A stretch of 64,000 nt of DNA from Toensbergia leucococca. Lineage: Eukaryota. The notes beneath the pieces are model-generated. The model was given only the letters and a program-made list of their open reading frames with translations. It was not told where the DNA came from and made no database searches. Location of the stretch: positions 1 to 64,000 of the forward strand of contig JALDZS010000130.1 in NCBI GenBank assembly GCA_022813965.1, written 5' to 3'. Position numbers and translations under genes: made by a program. Shown piece after piece: positions 13,201 to 24,376 of this stretch. Numbering within the stretch: position 1 is the first letter of the stretch; each line of letters begins with the position of its first letter.

Positions 13201-13335
13201 GGAAAAAACGAAATAGTAAGGCTCCGAGATTCGAGCGATAGGTGGAACTTGGGCATTCAAGGGTAGAACTATACTGGGCGCTGCTGCAGCAAGTCCCGTG
13301 AACGTGAACAAGAGGATCGTGGTTGCCATCTCCAT
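10243..13335 (-). CDS. AXL2: Axial budding/polarity transmembrane glycoprotein Axl2 (cadherin-like He_PIG/CADG repeats)
   Basis: Single ORF of 1030 aa. It has a signal peptide, PLNAQVPPIARISEPYYFVFS, repeated P.W..FD..SLSFSG.P cadherin-like units, one TM helix followed by CRRRRR, and a Ser/Arg-rich cytoplasmic tail. Confidence 0.9.
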   Translation of the reverse strand: MEMATTILLFTFTGLAAAAPSIVLPLNAQVPPIARISEPYYFVFSESSFSSSAPTIDYALTDSPGWLELDSPSRSLSGKPGTEDGGPVNVNLVATDDTGSASMPITLIVSTESGPVLGTPIASQLPAFGSFSGPDILTLAPSSPLSFSFSPNTFTNTSPDTVYYALCANNTPLPSWIHFDADSLSFSGVTPQSTSPVELSQVYSINLTASDIVGFSEAIASFQLVVERHVLAFGSNTHTINITQGSSFNYSGLRTDLTLDGQPIQSSNLGQVTANTPEWMSLDPKSLVLSGTPPMSLVSQNITISATDTYGDMANITIQIQTSTTLNIFRGTIGVVNATIGSEFNYTLGGIILGDSDLCVTADLGNTSSWLSFDATNLSFQGRIPNDVVPQQDLLNVTATSGTQSHSQTFTINIVQGKNSASGPGTSSISKSTKATATPHSTNKTISPSVDASTGNASKNHATAAAVVVSLVALLIALILFCWCRRRRRFRPSIGQISRPILPASHFDFEFPANTKEKVSYEHKRTSSSVPRLDIPGFLVSAANKRNSQSRWSRRTIDEGTRTQRPESWRDYVRRQTSTVDLDTAILESCTIPEFNLTQEDQTSMRRKRSSHHLRLSPPGRSRSSVVSNASPARDYWRQSKRRSDMSFASSGFLSTHRINGIGHGKGTNLGVGGFGPPGFGTVRDSWRNPYSPSWTTIEGAATTTTNRSSSQYLESEHSQYITTTMRSFPRPPTSNTLNQFGQPQTIPELDDLDGSHRVSIRSLTYPSRAVLNRRRAVNRRTHNPLFSAGASSRLSTNLVRKKSLQNRSLHTAPRIESLNPEKEQSHSESGADNHRLLRRKLRRSYSQGSSVCEPSKLSPPKKSPRRNVSHGWSGRFNETVGRISRFRSGSSLGSSRRYESADSEVQSEGTSERAEDFLEEGVDEEGNKRWFHPGHPNPLALHGMAAGGGSEGHESDLDVERVFGAASGSKAQRLSQLKAQAEGKENFEDEERRIIVGDLGKRPVSVDNSDGLRAGRAGSTSMRGDVAFL

Positions 13336-13789
13336 GCATCTGAACCCTGCTTCTGTGCAGCAGGTAACGTTTCAAAAAGACGGAGTTGCAGATGATTTCA
13401 TGCATGTGGTTCAGGGGGGTGTATCTAGTAGGGTGGTGGCCGCAAAGTGGTTTAAAACAAACAGAACTGAATCGCAGACGTAGTAATGACCGTCAGATGT
13501 AGTATTGCATGGTAGGCAAACTGCAAAGGTAGAGAAGAGCAGCTCAGCATAGTCGAAATTATTTCCCTTCATCCCAAGAAGGGGCCTGAACGCGAGCAGC
13601 GCGTCAACCGTCTCCAGGTGAGCTTTCAGAATGTGAGTCGCGGTCTTGTATACGAGCACTATATTCAAGGCCAGTAGATCTGACAGTAACGAGCGTGCCC
13701 CGAAAGAGCCCGAAGCAAGGGGCTTCCAACCTCCCTTTGCATTCCTAGAGCACAAGGCACATTGTTCAAAAGCAAAGGAATGGCAGAGT

Positions 13790-14287
13790 TCATCGGAGGT
13801 CGAAAGTCATCTTGATACCATTCCTGCCTTGAGCATAGTAATTATTCACGCGAGCCTTCTCCTCGAAACCAACAGCAGCATACAAACACGTTGCAGGCTT
13901 CCTAGCCTCATCAACCCAAAGCTGGATGCTCTCACAACCCTCTTCATCGGATACTCGCCTCAGACACTTTAGCAAGCGTCTGGCAACGCCTTGACGCCTG
14001 TATTTTTCCAGGACACACAGCTTGTGCAGTAGAATTGTTCTGTGGGAGCGAGTGTACACCATATAGGCAGCCAGAGGAGGGGCAGCATGCTGGTCTTTGT
14101 CGTCGAGCACAATGACGAGTTTGGTATTCCGTTTATAGAGTTCGATGTCAAAGTCAAGAGCTTCGTTGCGAGGAAATGTCTTTTTTTCGGTAAATTTGAC
14201 TTGTGCGAGTAGACTGGCGTGAGCTAGAGCAAGTGGCTTTTCGGTATGCAGTGACACGCAGTGGACGGAAGCCACTGGTGAGGCCAT
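13790..14287 (-). CDS. GNAT-family N-acetyltransferase (RimI-like)
   Basis: Acetyl-CoA motif A (LHKLCVLEKYRRQGVARRLL) and motif B (LWVDEARKPATCLYAAVGF), followed by NYYAQGRNG. Confidence 0.9.
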   Translation of the reverse strand: MASPVASVHCVSLHTEKPLALAHASLLAQVKFTEKKTFPRNEALDFDIELYKRNTKLVIVLDDKDQHAAPPLAAYMVYTRSHRTILLHKLCVLEKYRRQGVARRLLKCLRRVSDEEGCESIQLWVDEARKPATCLYAAVGFEEKARVNNYYAQGRNGIKMTFDLR

Positions 14288-14662
14288 TTGAACGATTAAG
14301 TAATCAGCTCGGAAGTAAGGTAGTTTCGATCAAAATGATCAAATGCTAGCGGGTGCTGGGATGAACAAAGACTAGAGTGCTTCTTTCACCTACCTTAGTC
14401 TTCAGTTAAAGTGGGAATCTGCCTCATTTTATATCTATTGCTCATAGACTTTGGCTGAAGCAGGCAAATGTCAAGGCACGAATGGTAAAAGGTAATTATA
14501 TTCCGGCGGTCAAACCTCGGTGCTACACTACCGTTCTGAGAGTGAGCCTACCTATCCTAGCCCTAAGGTAGTATTCTTTTTTCCGAGCTACGTAATCCTC
14601 CGACCTCAAAATTCAACTCATATCCACTCGACATCACTCCACAAAACCGCTCAAAATCAAGG

Positions 14663-15570
14663 ATGACCCTCCCACCACCCGATTTGTCCATCCTCCAAAT
14701 CTCCCACGATCTAGTCCCTCCCCCTCTCCCCCAATCACCCCGCACGACATCACTCTCCTTTGACAACCTTCTCAGCCCCCCGCTCCTCCTCCAAGAAGAC
14801 CCAAAAGAAGGATGCGGTGGCCAACTATGGCCCGCAGGCATGCTTCTAGCATCCTACCTTCTCCGCTGCAAATTAGACTCTTTGGTGGGAAAAACAATGT
14901 TTGTACGCTCCAAAGCCATTTTCTACCTTTCACAGAAAAACTCAATCCAAAAAGGGCAAAAATGCTAAAGCCTCTGTCCACAGGATTGAGCTGGGAGCTG
15001 GCAGTGGCTTAGTTGGGTACTCAATCACTTCGATTACGTCCTTCACCCTTTTCCTAATCCCGAATCCAGCCTCACCCTGGCCCTAGCCCTTCCTCCCACC
15101 AACCCCGTAATCCACCTGACCGACCAGTTGCCCCTCCTCCCCCTTTTGACCTCCAACATCCACCTGAACGCCCTCACGCAACGCGTAATTTCAGCCCCAC
15201 TATCCTGGGGCGCTCCCATCCCCCTCTCTCTTCCTCACCCACCACAAATCCTCCTCGCCGCCGACTGCGTCTACTATGAGCCTGCCTTCCCTCTACTCAT
15301 GGAAACAATGCTTCAATTAATTGGTCCGAAGACGATGTGTTACTTTTGCTTCAAGAAAAGGAGGAGAGCAGATATGGGATTCTTGAGAGCACTGAAAAAA
15401 GGCTTTTGCGTGAGGGATGTGCGGGACGATCCGGAGAGGCAAATTTGGGAGCGGGAGGGGCTGTTTTTGTGAGTTCTAGAGCGGGCTTTGAGATCCGAAA
15501 AGTGAGACTTGATTTGCTTATGCCGAGTAGGTTTGAGGTCACCATGCAGAAGGCTGATTCTCAAAGCTAG
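14663..15570 (+). CDS. EFM6: Protein-lysine N-methyltransferase Efm6 (METTL21/Methyltransf_16 family); 4 exons
   Basis: Motifs LQEDPKEGCGGQLWPAG, motif I IELGAGSGLVG, LTDQ, LSWG, ILLAADCVYYEPAFPLL and FKKRRRAD. Introns 14899-14983, 15017-15069 and 15469-15530. Confidence 0.88.
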
Positions 15571-15883
15571 AGAATAATAATTGTTGAGGCAGTATCTACA
15601 TACGAATCTTAGGCTACTGATACGCTGACACCTATCTGAGGAAAACACGTTTTGTTCTATAAACAACATGTTGTCTTCAGATATGGGTGTCAATGTATCG
15701 GTGGCCCTATCTTGTAGACCCGAACAATTCACAAGCGTAAGGTGGGTATACCATCGACACGCTAAAGCGACTCACAGAAGGGCAAGGCTGCAAAATTGGA
15801 CAAAAGCCCCTACCCAATCCAACAGCTCAAGCTGCGAAGATGCACTCTTCTTCTCCTTACCATCTTAATCCCTCCATCTTAAA

Positions 15884-18842
15884 CTAATTTGCCCCCATAA
15901 TTGCCAGCAAAAGCCCGCTGCCCACAGAAACAGTTGCAAAAACAAGCACAACAGATATACGATAGACCCATCCAACATCCTCCGTTCTCCCCGTCATCAT
16001 ACCAACTCCTACGCATGCGAAGGCTAAGCTACAAGTCACGCCCACTACGATGCCGAGATCGACCGTCACAACGGCTTTGCGTCGGCCCGTTGTCGAGAGG
16101 ATTGTAGCTACGATCAGGAGGATGATGGAGACGATGAATGAGGCGACGCAGGCGCGGGACAGCATCTTTTCGCGGTATCGAATTGTGTGGGGGTTGGGGT
16201 GGTCGGGAAAGGTAGCGTATTGGCGGCGTGGAGTGGGGAGCTCTGTGGAGGAGTAGTCATCATCGTCGGCGGAGGATTCGCCGTCCTCGGGATGAGAATG
16301 ATTAGGGAAGTGCTCGCTGCCGAATAGTCGCCGTTCTTCCGGATGACCTTCCTTCCTAGAGTCCAACCAAGAAATGACTTTTTCGGACGATAATCTGACG
16401 GTGCTAGTTACCGCAGTTGCTATCTTGTGAAAGGTAGCCGCGCCGGGAAAGGTACTGGTGGCGTTGGGGTCGACGAAGATAATGTAGGCTTCATTTTCGG
16501 GGACTTCCTCGCCGTCGTCGAACTCGTTCCAGTATCGCTGGTACTGAAAATGAGCGGGCTCATTTACTTGCTTTCGAAGAGGATGCTCCCTGCGCGACCG
16601 CCGCTTCTTCTTAAAAGCACTAAGTGGTGGAGACTCAAGCATATCTGGGGCGGATGTTGCAGAAGATTCATGAGGCTGAGCGGAGAACCCATTGCTGGAC
16701 AGGCCACCTGTAATAGAATTCGCTGAAGCAGGTGTACTTGCAGAATCCTGGGATATTTGGGTGCTTGATGTTCGTCCATGAGAAACCTTCCTTGTCGGTG
16801 CTGGTATTTTCCTTATGTCTCGATTGAGTAACGGAAGCTAGTGCACAATCAGCATATTTTGACTATCAACTTGGACGGAGATCATACCCAGGAAGGAGGT
16901 GGCATTGACTGTGATTTGTAAAGCGTTGCGATTGCATGGGTTTCCAACGAAAAGCCACGAACTCGCTCTGTCTGTAATGTTCATTAGCTCTGATTGGCTG
17001 CGAGTCATGCGGTCGAAGGCGCTTACAAGATGGCTCTCATCCAGTGCCCTGATTAGACCGATGTTACCTCCGCCTTCCCACCTGATCTGGAGTATTGCAT
17101 GAGGGAATTTCTCCCAGAAACTATCTCGTCGCTCTTTTGCTGTTGGCGTAGCATTGTCTATGTTGAGTTGTTCGAGAGAAGATTTTTTCATAGAAACGTC
17201 CTTGTCGAGCGTTGCCCACATACCACGTGCTTCGCTGTGCTCAAGACCAACGAAACGAGTGCGTTTGAATTGCATATGGACGAGGGGGTGGACGTCTTGG
17301 TGCTTCCTAAGCCACGTCCGTATATTTTCAAGACTTTGAGAAGAATTTAAGCCACTTTGGGAAAGTTCGTTGACGCAATTTGAGGCCTTAGAAGCCCATG
17401 AGGATGGCAAGGGTTGATTCAAGTCAAACAGTTGATGAACCAATTTTCTTTTGAGCTTCGCTTTCTGTATTGGCCCTTCCCCATCCCCCTTGTTTTCAGA
17501 GAGCATACCGACTACAACCACCGCTTCACCAGACGACGAGTAACGCAAACTCGCAGCAGCTTTCTCCAAAGCGTTTCCTGGCAATTCCGAATCGTCCATG
17601 GTGGAGCTGCTCCAACGGCTTGCAAATCGGGTTAGATCATCGCAGACGACGACACCAGCTTCATCATCCACACCACTAAGATATTCGTTCTGATCATTAA
17701 GGGATACTCTCCTAGATGAGTTCGAACTTATAGGGCTCGGAGTCGAAGAAGGTGAGCCACTCTTTCGAAGTCTCGAGTACTGAAGTAGTAATACTTGAAT
17801 CTCTACCATGTTATCTGGATGAACCCAGTATATGGCCTCACCCGATGCACGACCAAATGGCGATATAGCGAATGCAGTGTCCATATCAACATCAGAGCCA
17901 GTCTCACATGTTGTATGCATCAACGCGGCTGTTGTAATAGTGCTTTTCGCTCTTTCCAAGGTTGCCTCGTTCTCGCTCGCTAAGGTTCCCGTTACCTTGG
18001 ACTCGTCTGATCTTAACGCTTGACGTTCCCTTCCTCCTGGTACAAATCCCAGAGCCAGATCAGCATTGAAAGGCGCTCTGACAGCTGCCAACACATCGGA
18101 CCACTGAGCTAGCAAAGGCTCGAAATCACTTTTAATAAAGCTAGACTGTCGGCCTAGTACGTCTCGTTGGAATCGTGTACCTAACGTCGTCGAACCTGTC
18201 CATCTCTTATATTTTTTCAGGAGTTTCTGGAAGGCTAAGCGCTGTGCTCCAACAAATCGTGATAGAGACTGAACATCTTCTCCAGCTCTGCAGTGATGCC
18301 GTCAGAGAGTCCCCAAAAATTTAACAAATGCCAAACTTACTTGAGGACATCTCCCTCCGCCTTGGAGAATTTTTCCAGACGTCGCACAGATATTCGTAAA
18401 TGATTTGAAGTTGGCTTACTCTGCTCTAGCTGCTCGACTTGCTTTGCAAGATGGCCTGTTGATGCTATGTGAGTTACAAAAGCACCTTTACTGAGTCATG
18501 ACGGCGTACTTAGTCTTCTTTTTATTTCACCAGACTTGCTCTTCACGAACAGGTCAATCCGCTGATGTTGTTCACGTAACTCTGCGTATAGCTCCTTTTC
18601 AAACTTTTCAAGAGCTTCTCGCTCACCGCTTTGGCCAGGAATGTCCATTGCCTGGGCTTGACCTCTGGTAGTCCGAATTTTGATTAAACGCTTGATGTCG
18701 TTGTAATCCACGTTGTCTAGGCAAGCAGCTTATGATCAGTAGAGGTTCAAGGCGCGAGAAGGACGGAGGTTGGGAATAGCCAATTCTTACACGGCCCCCA
18801 TTCTGGAATAGAGCGCTGGTGCAGCGAGTCGCCGTATTTCAT
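15884..18842 (-). CDS. SPX-domain protein with divergent VTC-like domain and C-terminal TM helices; 6 exons
   Basis: N-terminus MKYGDSLHQRSIPEWGPYNVDYNDIK and AFQKLLKKYKRWTG mark the SPX domain. YWVHPDN, RTRFVGL, FPHAILQIRWEG and ERVRGFSLETHAI are VTC-like. There are three C-terminal hydrophobic segments. Introns 18717-18790, 18456-18509, 18288-18340, 16972-17026 and 16838-16887. Confidence 0.85.
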
Positions 18843-20601
18843 TTCACGTCACAAATTACGTGTTGCGGTGAAGGTAATGTGTTTTGCGGGGAGATGAAAG
18901 AATGACATGTAACGGTAAATTGAAGGTCGGGTCCGTAAGGTAGTGAATAATTGGTAGTGTGAGAGGCCATGTGATGGCCTGATAACTGGTGAACTATGTT
19001 GGGCTTCGTTCTTTTTGCTGGAGTCGGCATGCCGATCTACGGAGCAACGCCAAAGGCTCCATGGCGAGTAGAATGAAATACCGTCCAATGCGAGACTCTG
19101 AAATTGATCAGACGAGCCATTTCCTAATATGAGCAGGTCAAGCATGCAGCGCGGAGAAAGAAGACAAGAGAGGGGACATTGCATCACGCAGCGCTGAGTC
19201 CGTGGAATTTCTTGGTGGGGCAAAGAAAAACCGGTCATTGCATCTGCACGTTAGAAGTATCCCTCAAGGATAATCCTCCACTAATGCAGGACATTACTCG
19301 ACACAAGTTTCCCATTCGTCTCATCGTCTCACTCTTCTAATCCTAACATGGTTACCACCAACGCTCAACGGCCAAGATTCAACGGTCGTCGGATCTTAAT
19401 TCCTTGGTCCAGTTTCTCTACGCATCAACCCTAGCTAGTTCGCACAGAAAGCATCATTATCATTACCCAGCTCCAACACAAAACCAGAAGCTTATCAGGC
19501 TCTGCTTTCACATGAACCGTGTCACCCAAATCCTGTCCTCTTCGCTCACTATGCTTCATACCCCAATGCAAATGTCTCTTTCTGGATCCGTCTCCCATGC
19601 ATTTAAGTCAACGCTTCTTGGACCTTGGTCTTGATCAGCCTTGGTGCTGGGATTATGATTCCCATGTTACCTGTGAATCCAATCAGTGACCTCTGAATGC
19701 AGGGATGGCCAAGCATGATCTTGGGCTAAGTAATCTAGCCCACCTAAACTGTTAGAGCGTCGTGGGGTTCAGCACTCCAAGTGCCCTGCACTTCCCCTAA
19801 GATGATAGGCAGTAACCTAGTCTTATCTGTACGTGGTAATCTGTTCCAGGCTTCAATGTACCATCGTACTGCTTGATGCTACGGCACCTGACATGTGAAT
19901 TTACCATCTTATAGATACCAATGGTAAATGAATTATGCTACACCGATTCATTAAAGCCCATCTCATATCCTCGTTCATTGATGCTCGACCAGCTTGACGA
20001 GCTCATGAATCCTATTTGCGCGTTCTCGACTTCGGACCGTTTGAAGATAATCAACGAAGCAATTTAAACTTGTTGATTGCCACTCTCACGTCACGAGTGT
20101 CACTTTCCATCTACCGCACATCATATATTTACTGCAGGTACTTCTCAAACAACGTTAGACTAGTAAAGAGGCCTAATTCAAAAGGGTCAGTCGCCATTGT
20201 CGACTACGGCCTTGGACACAACAGCATTCTGTACACGCAATTGAATCCTTCCTTCATGATGTTTTGAAGAGACTAGAGAGACCGAGGAGGATGATGATGA
20301 TGACTTCATTCGTCTGTCCTAGCGACCTTAGGTCGCTATGTAAGATTGAGAGACTGAGGAGGATAGATTGTAGATCTAGTAGATCTAGCAGCTATCGTAT
20401 GTAGATTAGTAGAACGGTATGATACTTTTGTGCAATTCCTGATTCAAGCGGCAAATCCTGAGCGCTTAGGGCGTCGGCTAAGCTGGATTCTATTTAAACG
20501 CCGATGCCCTACGAGTATCCGCACGCTAAAGAAAAGCCCAATACCTACGGAGTACCTACACTAGAGAATTGGTCAACGACGCTCATACGCAATCTGCGGT
20601 C

Positions 20602-22872
20602 ATGACACCGGCAATCCTCGAGTCAGCGTACACCGTTGCGTCTCAAAATGCAAACTCAGCCATAACAGACCTCCACCCGTCATCTGAACAAATCTTCCTG
20701 TCAACACTAATTGAATCCGCCTACACTTTTCTACAGCCCCCATCGAGTCTTCACGCTGCTTCGTTAGTCATTACGAAACGATACCTTGACCCTCTTGCAT
20801 TTTCTGTTAGCGAAGCACAAGGCAAGCGATTACAAGATGCAAGGAAAAAGCGAAAGAGAGGAGAAATTATTGATTCTGGCTCTGAACAAGTCCTACGGAT
20901 GAAACGAGTCCATGTGGAGGGCTTTGAAATGGGCCAAATTTGGGAGCAGGCAAGAAGGGTACTTGACGCAAGTCGAGAAGAAGTGGAGAGGTGCTTGCCC
21001 CATGTGCTACCGAGACCTTCGAGTGAGGGTTGCGTTGAGAGCTTGTCGCACCACCAGGATGAGAGGGTCAAGACGGCGAAGTTCCGCGAAGACGGATTTG
21101 AGATTGGCGAATTCGAATTGGACGAAATCGAAGACATGGACACAGAGGATATGGATGATTTCGAAGATATCGGAGCAGACACAGAAGACGGCATAATCAA
21201 TGGGATAGATTTAGGGCGTGGGACAGTGGATGATTTGGACGAGCTGTCGGAAAACAAAAGTGATGACTTGAGGGGTGAGAATGACAAAGGAATCAGCAGC
21301 AGTGAGGATTCTTTAGATGATCAATCCCCCGAGACCTTCGTCCCCGATAAACATGGACTGAACGATGGGTTCTTTTCCATCGACGACTTCAATCGGCAAT
21401 CAGAATTTTTAGAACAACAAGATCAGCGAGCAGATGCAAAAGACGGAGGAATGAGCGATGAGGAAGAAGTTGATTGGGATGCTAATCCCCTAAACTCTGG
21501 ATCAAATAGACCTGACAGTCGACTCTCTCAAGACAATGATATAGGAGACGAAGATTCTGAGGATGAAGAAGATGGCCCCATATTCGGCAACGCAGACCTC
21601 AATGCTTCAGACTCCTCCAACTTAGGAAACAGTCTCTCCGACGCCGACGATCAAACAGAAGGTTTTAGCAGTATGAACAACACCAACGATATCAAATATG
21701 CCGAGTTCTTTGCTCCTCCGCCCCGCAAAGCTACAAAGTTCACTCGCCGCCGTCCGCTCCCAAAAACTCAACCCCCACCATCAGCAACCCCCGCCGATAA
21801 CGAAGAAGATATCCAACGCACTATCTCCGCGGTCCGTCGCGATCTGTTCGAAGACGATGTCTCCGCTAAGTCCGCGTCCTCAAATGCCCCCTCCGATACA
21901 GACCCTAGCAATCCCCTCTCCCGCCGATCCAATCATCAAAAACGCCAAGCTGCCCTTGCATCCGAGATTCGCCGTCTTGAGGCCGCCAGCGTCGCCAAAC
22001 GCGACTGGACACTCTCCGGTGAAGCACGTGCCGCCGACCGCCCCATCAACTCTCTTCTGGAAGAAGATCTCGATTTTGAGCGCGCAGGCAAGCCCCTCCC
22101 CGTCATCACAAACGAAATTAGCGAAGACATCGAAGCACTTATCAAGCGCCGCATCCTCGCTCGCGAATTCGACGAAGTCATCCGCCGCCGCCCGGATAAT
22201 TTAGTCACGGGCAAAGACTCAGTCCGTCGCGGCCGCTTCGAACTCGACGATTCCAAACCTCAGCAGAGTCTCGCGGATATGTACGAAGCCGAGCATCTGA
22301 AAAACGTGGATCCGGAAGGTTATGTAGATAAGAAAGACGAGAAACTCAAGCGCGAATATGCTGAGATTGAGCGCATGTGGAACGATGTCAGTACCCAGCT
22401 AGACGCGCTGAGCAACTGGCACTATAAGCCTAAGCCCCCACAAGCGAGCATCAATATTGTAGCAGATGTACCGACCATTACTCTGGAGGACGCGAGACCC
22501 AGCGGGGGCGGGGAGGCGAGCATGCTTGCGCCGCAGGAGGTGTACAAGCCTGGAGAGGGTAAGGGAGAAAAGGAAGAGGTGATGCTGAAGAGCGGGGTCG
22601 CGGTCGGGAGGAGGGAGATGAGTCGGGAGGAAAAGATAAGGCGACGGAGGAGGGAGAAGGAGCGAATTCGGAAGGCGGGGGATGGAGATGTGAAGAGGGT
22701 AGGTGGAGGAGTCGAGGGCAGGAAAGCCAGGGAGAAGAGGGAGGTGGTTGGTGCGCTGAAGAAAGGAGGAGTGAGAGTCATTGGACGGAGAGGCGAACTC
22801 AAGGATGTGGAAGGCAAAGCCGTAAAAAGCCCGTCCACAGCCACCAAAGCCGGCGGAAGCTTCAAACTATAG
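20602..22872 (+). CDS. MPP10: U3 snoRNP/SSU processome protein Mpp10
   Basis: Motifs GFEMGQIWEQ, acidic middle region, LNDGFFSIDDFN, WTLSGEARAADRPINSLLEEDLDFE, LDALSNWHYKPK and MLAPQEVY. First ATG at 20602. Confidence 0.95.
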   Translation: MTPAILESAYTVASQNANSAITDLHPSSEQIFLSTLIESAYTFLQPPSSLHAASLVITKRYLDPLAFSVSEAQGKRLQDARKKRKRGEIIDSGSEQVLRMKRVHVEGFEMGQIWEQARRVLDASREEVERCLPHVLPRPSSEGCVESLSHHQDERVKTAKFREDGFEIGEFELDEIEDMDTEDMDDFEDIGADTEDGIINGIDLGRGTVDDLDELSENKSDDLRGENDKGISSSEDSLDDQSPETFVPDKHGLNDGFFSIDDFNRQSEFLEQQDQRADAKDGGMSDEEEVDWDANPLNSGSNRPDSRLSQDNDIGDEDSEDEEDGPIFGNADLNASDSSNLGNSLSDADDQTEGFSSMNNTNDIKYAEFFAPPPRKATKFTRRRPLPKTQPPPSATPADNEEDIQRTISAVRRDLFEDDVSAKSASSNAPSDTDPSNPLSRRSNHQKRQAALASEIRRLEAASVAKRDWTLSGEARAADRPINSLLEEDLDFERAGKPLPVITNEISEDIEALIKRRILAREFDEVIRRRPDNLVTGKDSVRRGRFELDDSKPQQSLADMYEAEHLKNVDPEGYVDKKDEKLKREYAEIERMWNDVSTQLDALSNWHYKPKPPQASINIVADVPTITLEDARPSGGGEASMLAPQEVYKPGEGKGEKEEVMLKSGVAVGRREMSREEKIRRRRREKERIRKAGDGDVKRVGGGVEGRKAREKREVVGALKKGGVRVIGRRGELKDVEGKAVKSPSTATKAGGSFKL

Positions 22873-22939
22873 ACCCCATATCTCTACAAAAACAAACCCG
22901 CTCCCACCCTCCCCCGACCCTTCTTAAAAACAGAAAACC

Positions 22940-23705
22940 TCAACTCCTCCCCTCCAACCCCCTCACAGCCCTCTCCAACTCCTCCTGCCCCCCCTCCCTA
23001 AACCTCGTGACCTTCCTCACATTCCTCGCCGTCAACTCCCGGACCTCCCCCTCCCGGCGCTCTTTCACCAGCGTCCGCGCCGTCATCGCAAACCGCATGT
23101 CGCGAGGCCCGTCGACGAGTTCCAGGATGGCGGAGGGGGCTTGGTCGGGTTTGAGGGGCTCGATGTGCAGGACGCGGGTGTAGCCGCCCGGCCGGTGCAG
23201 GTAGCGGTCGCGGAGGGTGGTGAGGAGTTTGGGGAGGTGGATCAGTGGGTCCTGTGCGTGGGGTTGGGGGCGTCAGTTGCAATAGTTTGAGCTTTTTCGT
23301 GCGGGGTGGTGGAATATCAGGAGGAGCCCCAACCCCCTCCCCCTCCTATTCCTGTTTCCTCCATCTTCTCCTCCTCCTCCTCCTCCCCCCAAACCCGGGG
23401 TTTTTAAACGAAAAACCCCCCAGCTTTTTCCCCATCCAGAAACAAGCAGCCCCCCCGCCCCCCCCCCAAAAAAATAAAAAAAAACTCACGTAGAAAATCG
23501 CATGGGCTTTCTTGCGGCTTGCTTCTGTGTTTTTTTTGCCGAGGGTGATGAGTTTTTCGGCGAGACGCTGGGCTTCTTTTGCTTTGGGCCAGGTGGTGGC
23601 GATGCTTTCGTGCTGGATGAGGGAGGTGACTAGGTTGCGGAGGAGGGCTTGGCGGTGGGAGGAGCTGCGGTTTAGGTGGCGGTATTTGAGGGCGCCACCG
23701 GCCAT
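22940..23705 (-). CDS. MRPL8: Mitochondrial large-subunit ribosomal protein bL17m; 2 exons
   Basis: [57 protein letters not shown]. The intron 23252-23489 (GTGAGT..CTGAC..CAG) joins this to DPLIHLPKL...[17 protein letters not shown]...[15 protein letters not shown]. Stop TGA at 22940. Confidence 0.93.
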
Positions 23706-23998
23706 TTTTTTCTTCTTCTCTGAGTGGGAGGGAGAGGTGAGGGGGGGGGAGAGGTAAGGGGGGGGAGAAGAGCGAGGAGGTGATGTTAGATGGGGTTTTT
23801 TATGGGGATTTGGGGATGGTCTGGTGTGTTGTCGTCGAAAATTAGCGTGAATTTGACGGATAAATACTGATTCGTCAATTCCTCCCCCTTCCAACAAATA
23901 GCATCTCCAACGCACCCACATCAACAACCTACATCCTCACCTCATCAACCGGGCCCCACACCCCCAAAACCAGACCCAAAAAAAAAATTACAAAACAA

Positions 23999-24376
23999 AT
24001 GACATTCACCACCTCCCTCCTAAGCGGCCTAACCCTAACAACCCTCCTCCTAACCCTCCCCCTCCTCTCCCACCGCCGCACCCGCCACCACCAATCCCTC
24101 GCCCTGCACCACTCAACCCTCCTCCTCGACACCCTCGACCCCACCACACCCCCCTCCCTCACAACCCGCCAACGCCTGCAACTCGAAACCGAGAGGAGCC
24201 CGGACGCGCCGTTGTATGTTTTGAGGAGGGCCAGCTGGGCGGAGACGTGGAAGGATCGGTGGAACGGGGAGGTGGAGGGGGCGGTGAGGTGGGCCCAGGG
24301 TGTGCGGTTGGGGAAGGTGAGGGAGGGGTTGGAGGGGAGGTGGGGGGAGTGGAAGGGTGGGGAGAGGAGGGTTTGA
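23999..24376 (+). CDS. MIC12: MICOS complex subunit Mic12 (Aim5)
   Basis: N-terminal hydrophobic helix (FTTSLLSGLTLTT) and the characteristic ETWKDRWNGEVEGAVRWAQ motif; 125 aa. Confidence 0.8.
   Translation: MTFTTSLLSGLTLTTLLLTLPLLSHRRTRHHQSLALHHSTLLLDTLDPTTPPSLTTRQRLQLETERSPDAPLYVLRRASWAETWKDRWNGEVEGAVRWAQGVRLGKVREGLEGRWGEWKGGERRV

Noticed and set aside
18845..19260. CACGT-core sites upstream of the SPX gene as Pho4/NUC-1 elements
   Set aside because: No perfect CACGTG here, and a single CACGTT is within chance expectation.
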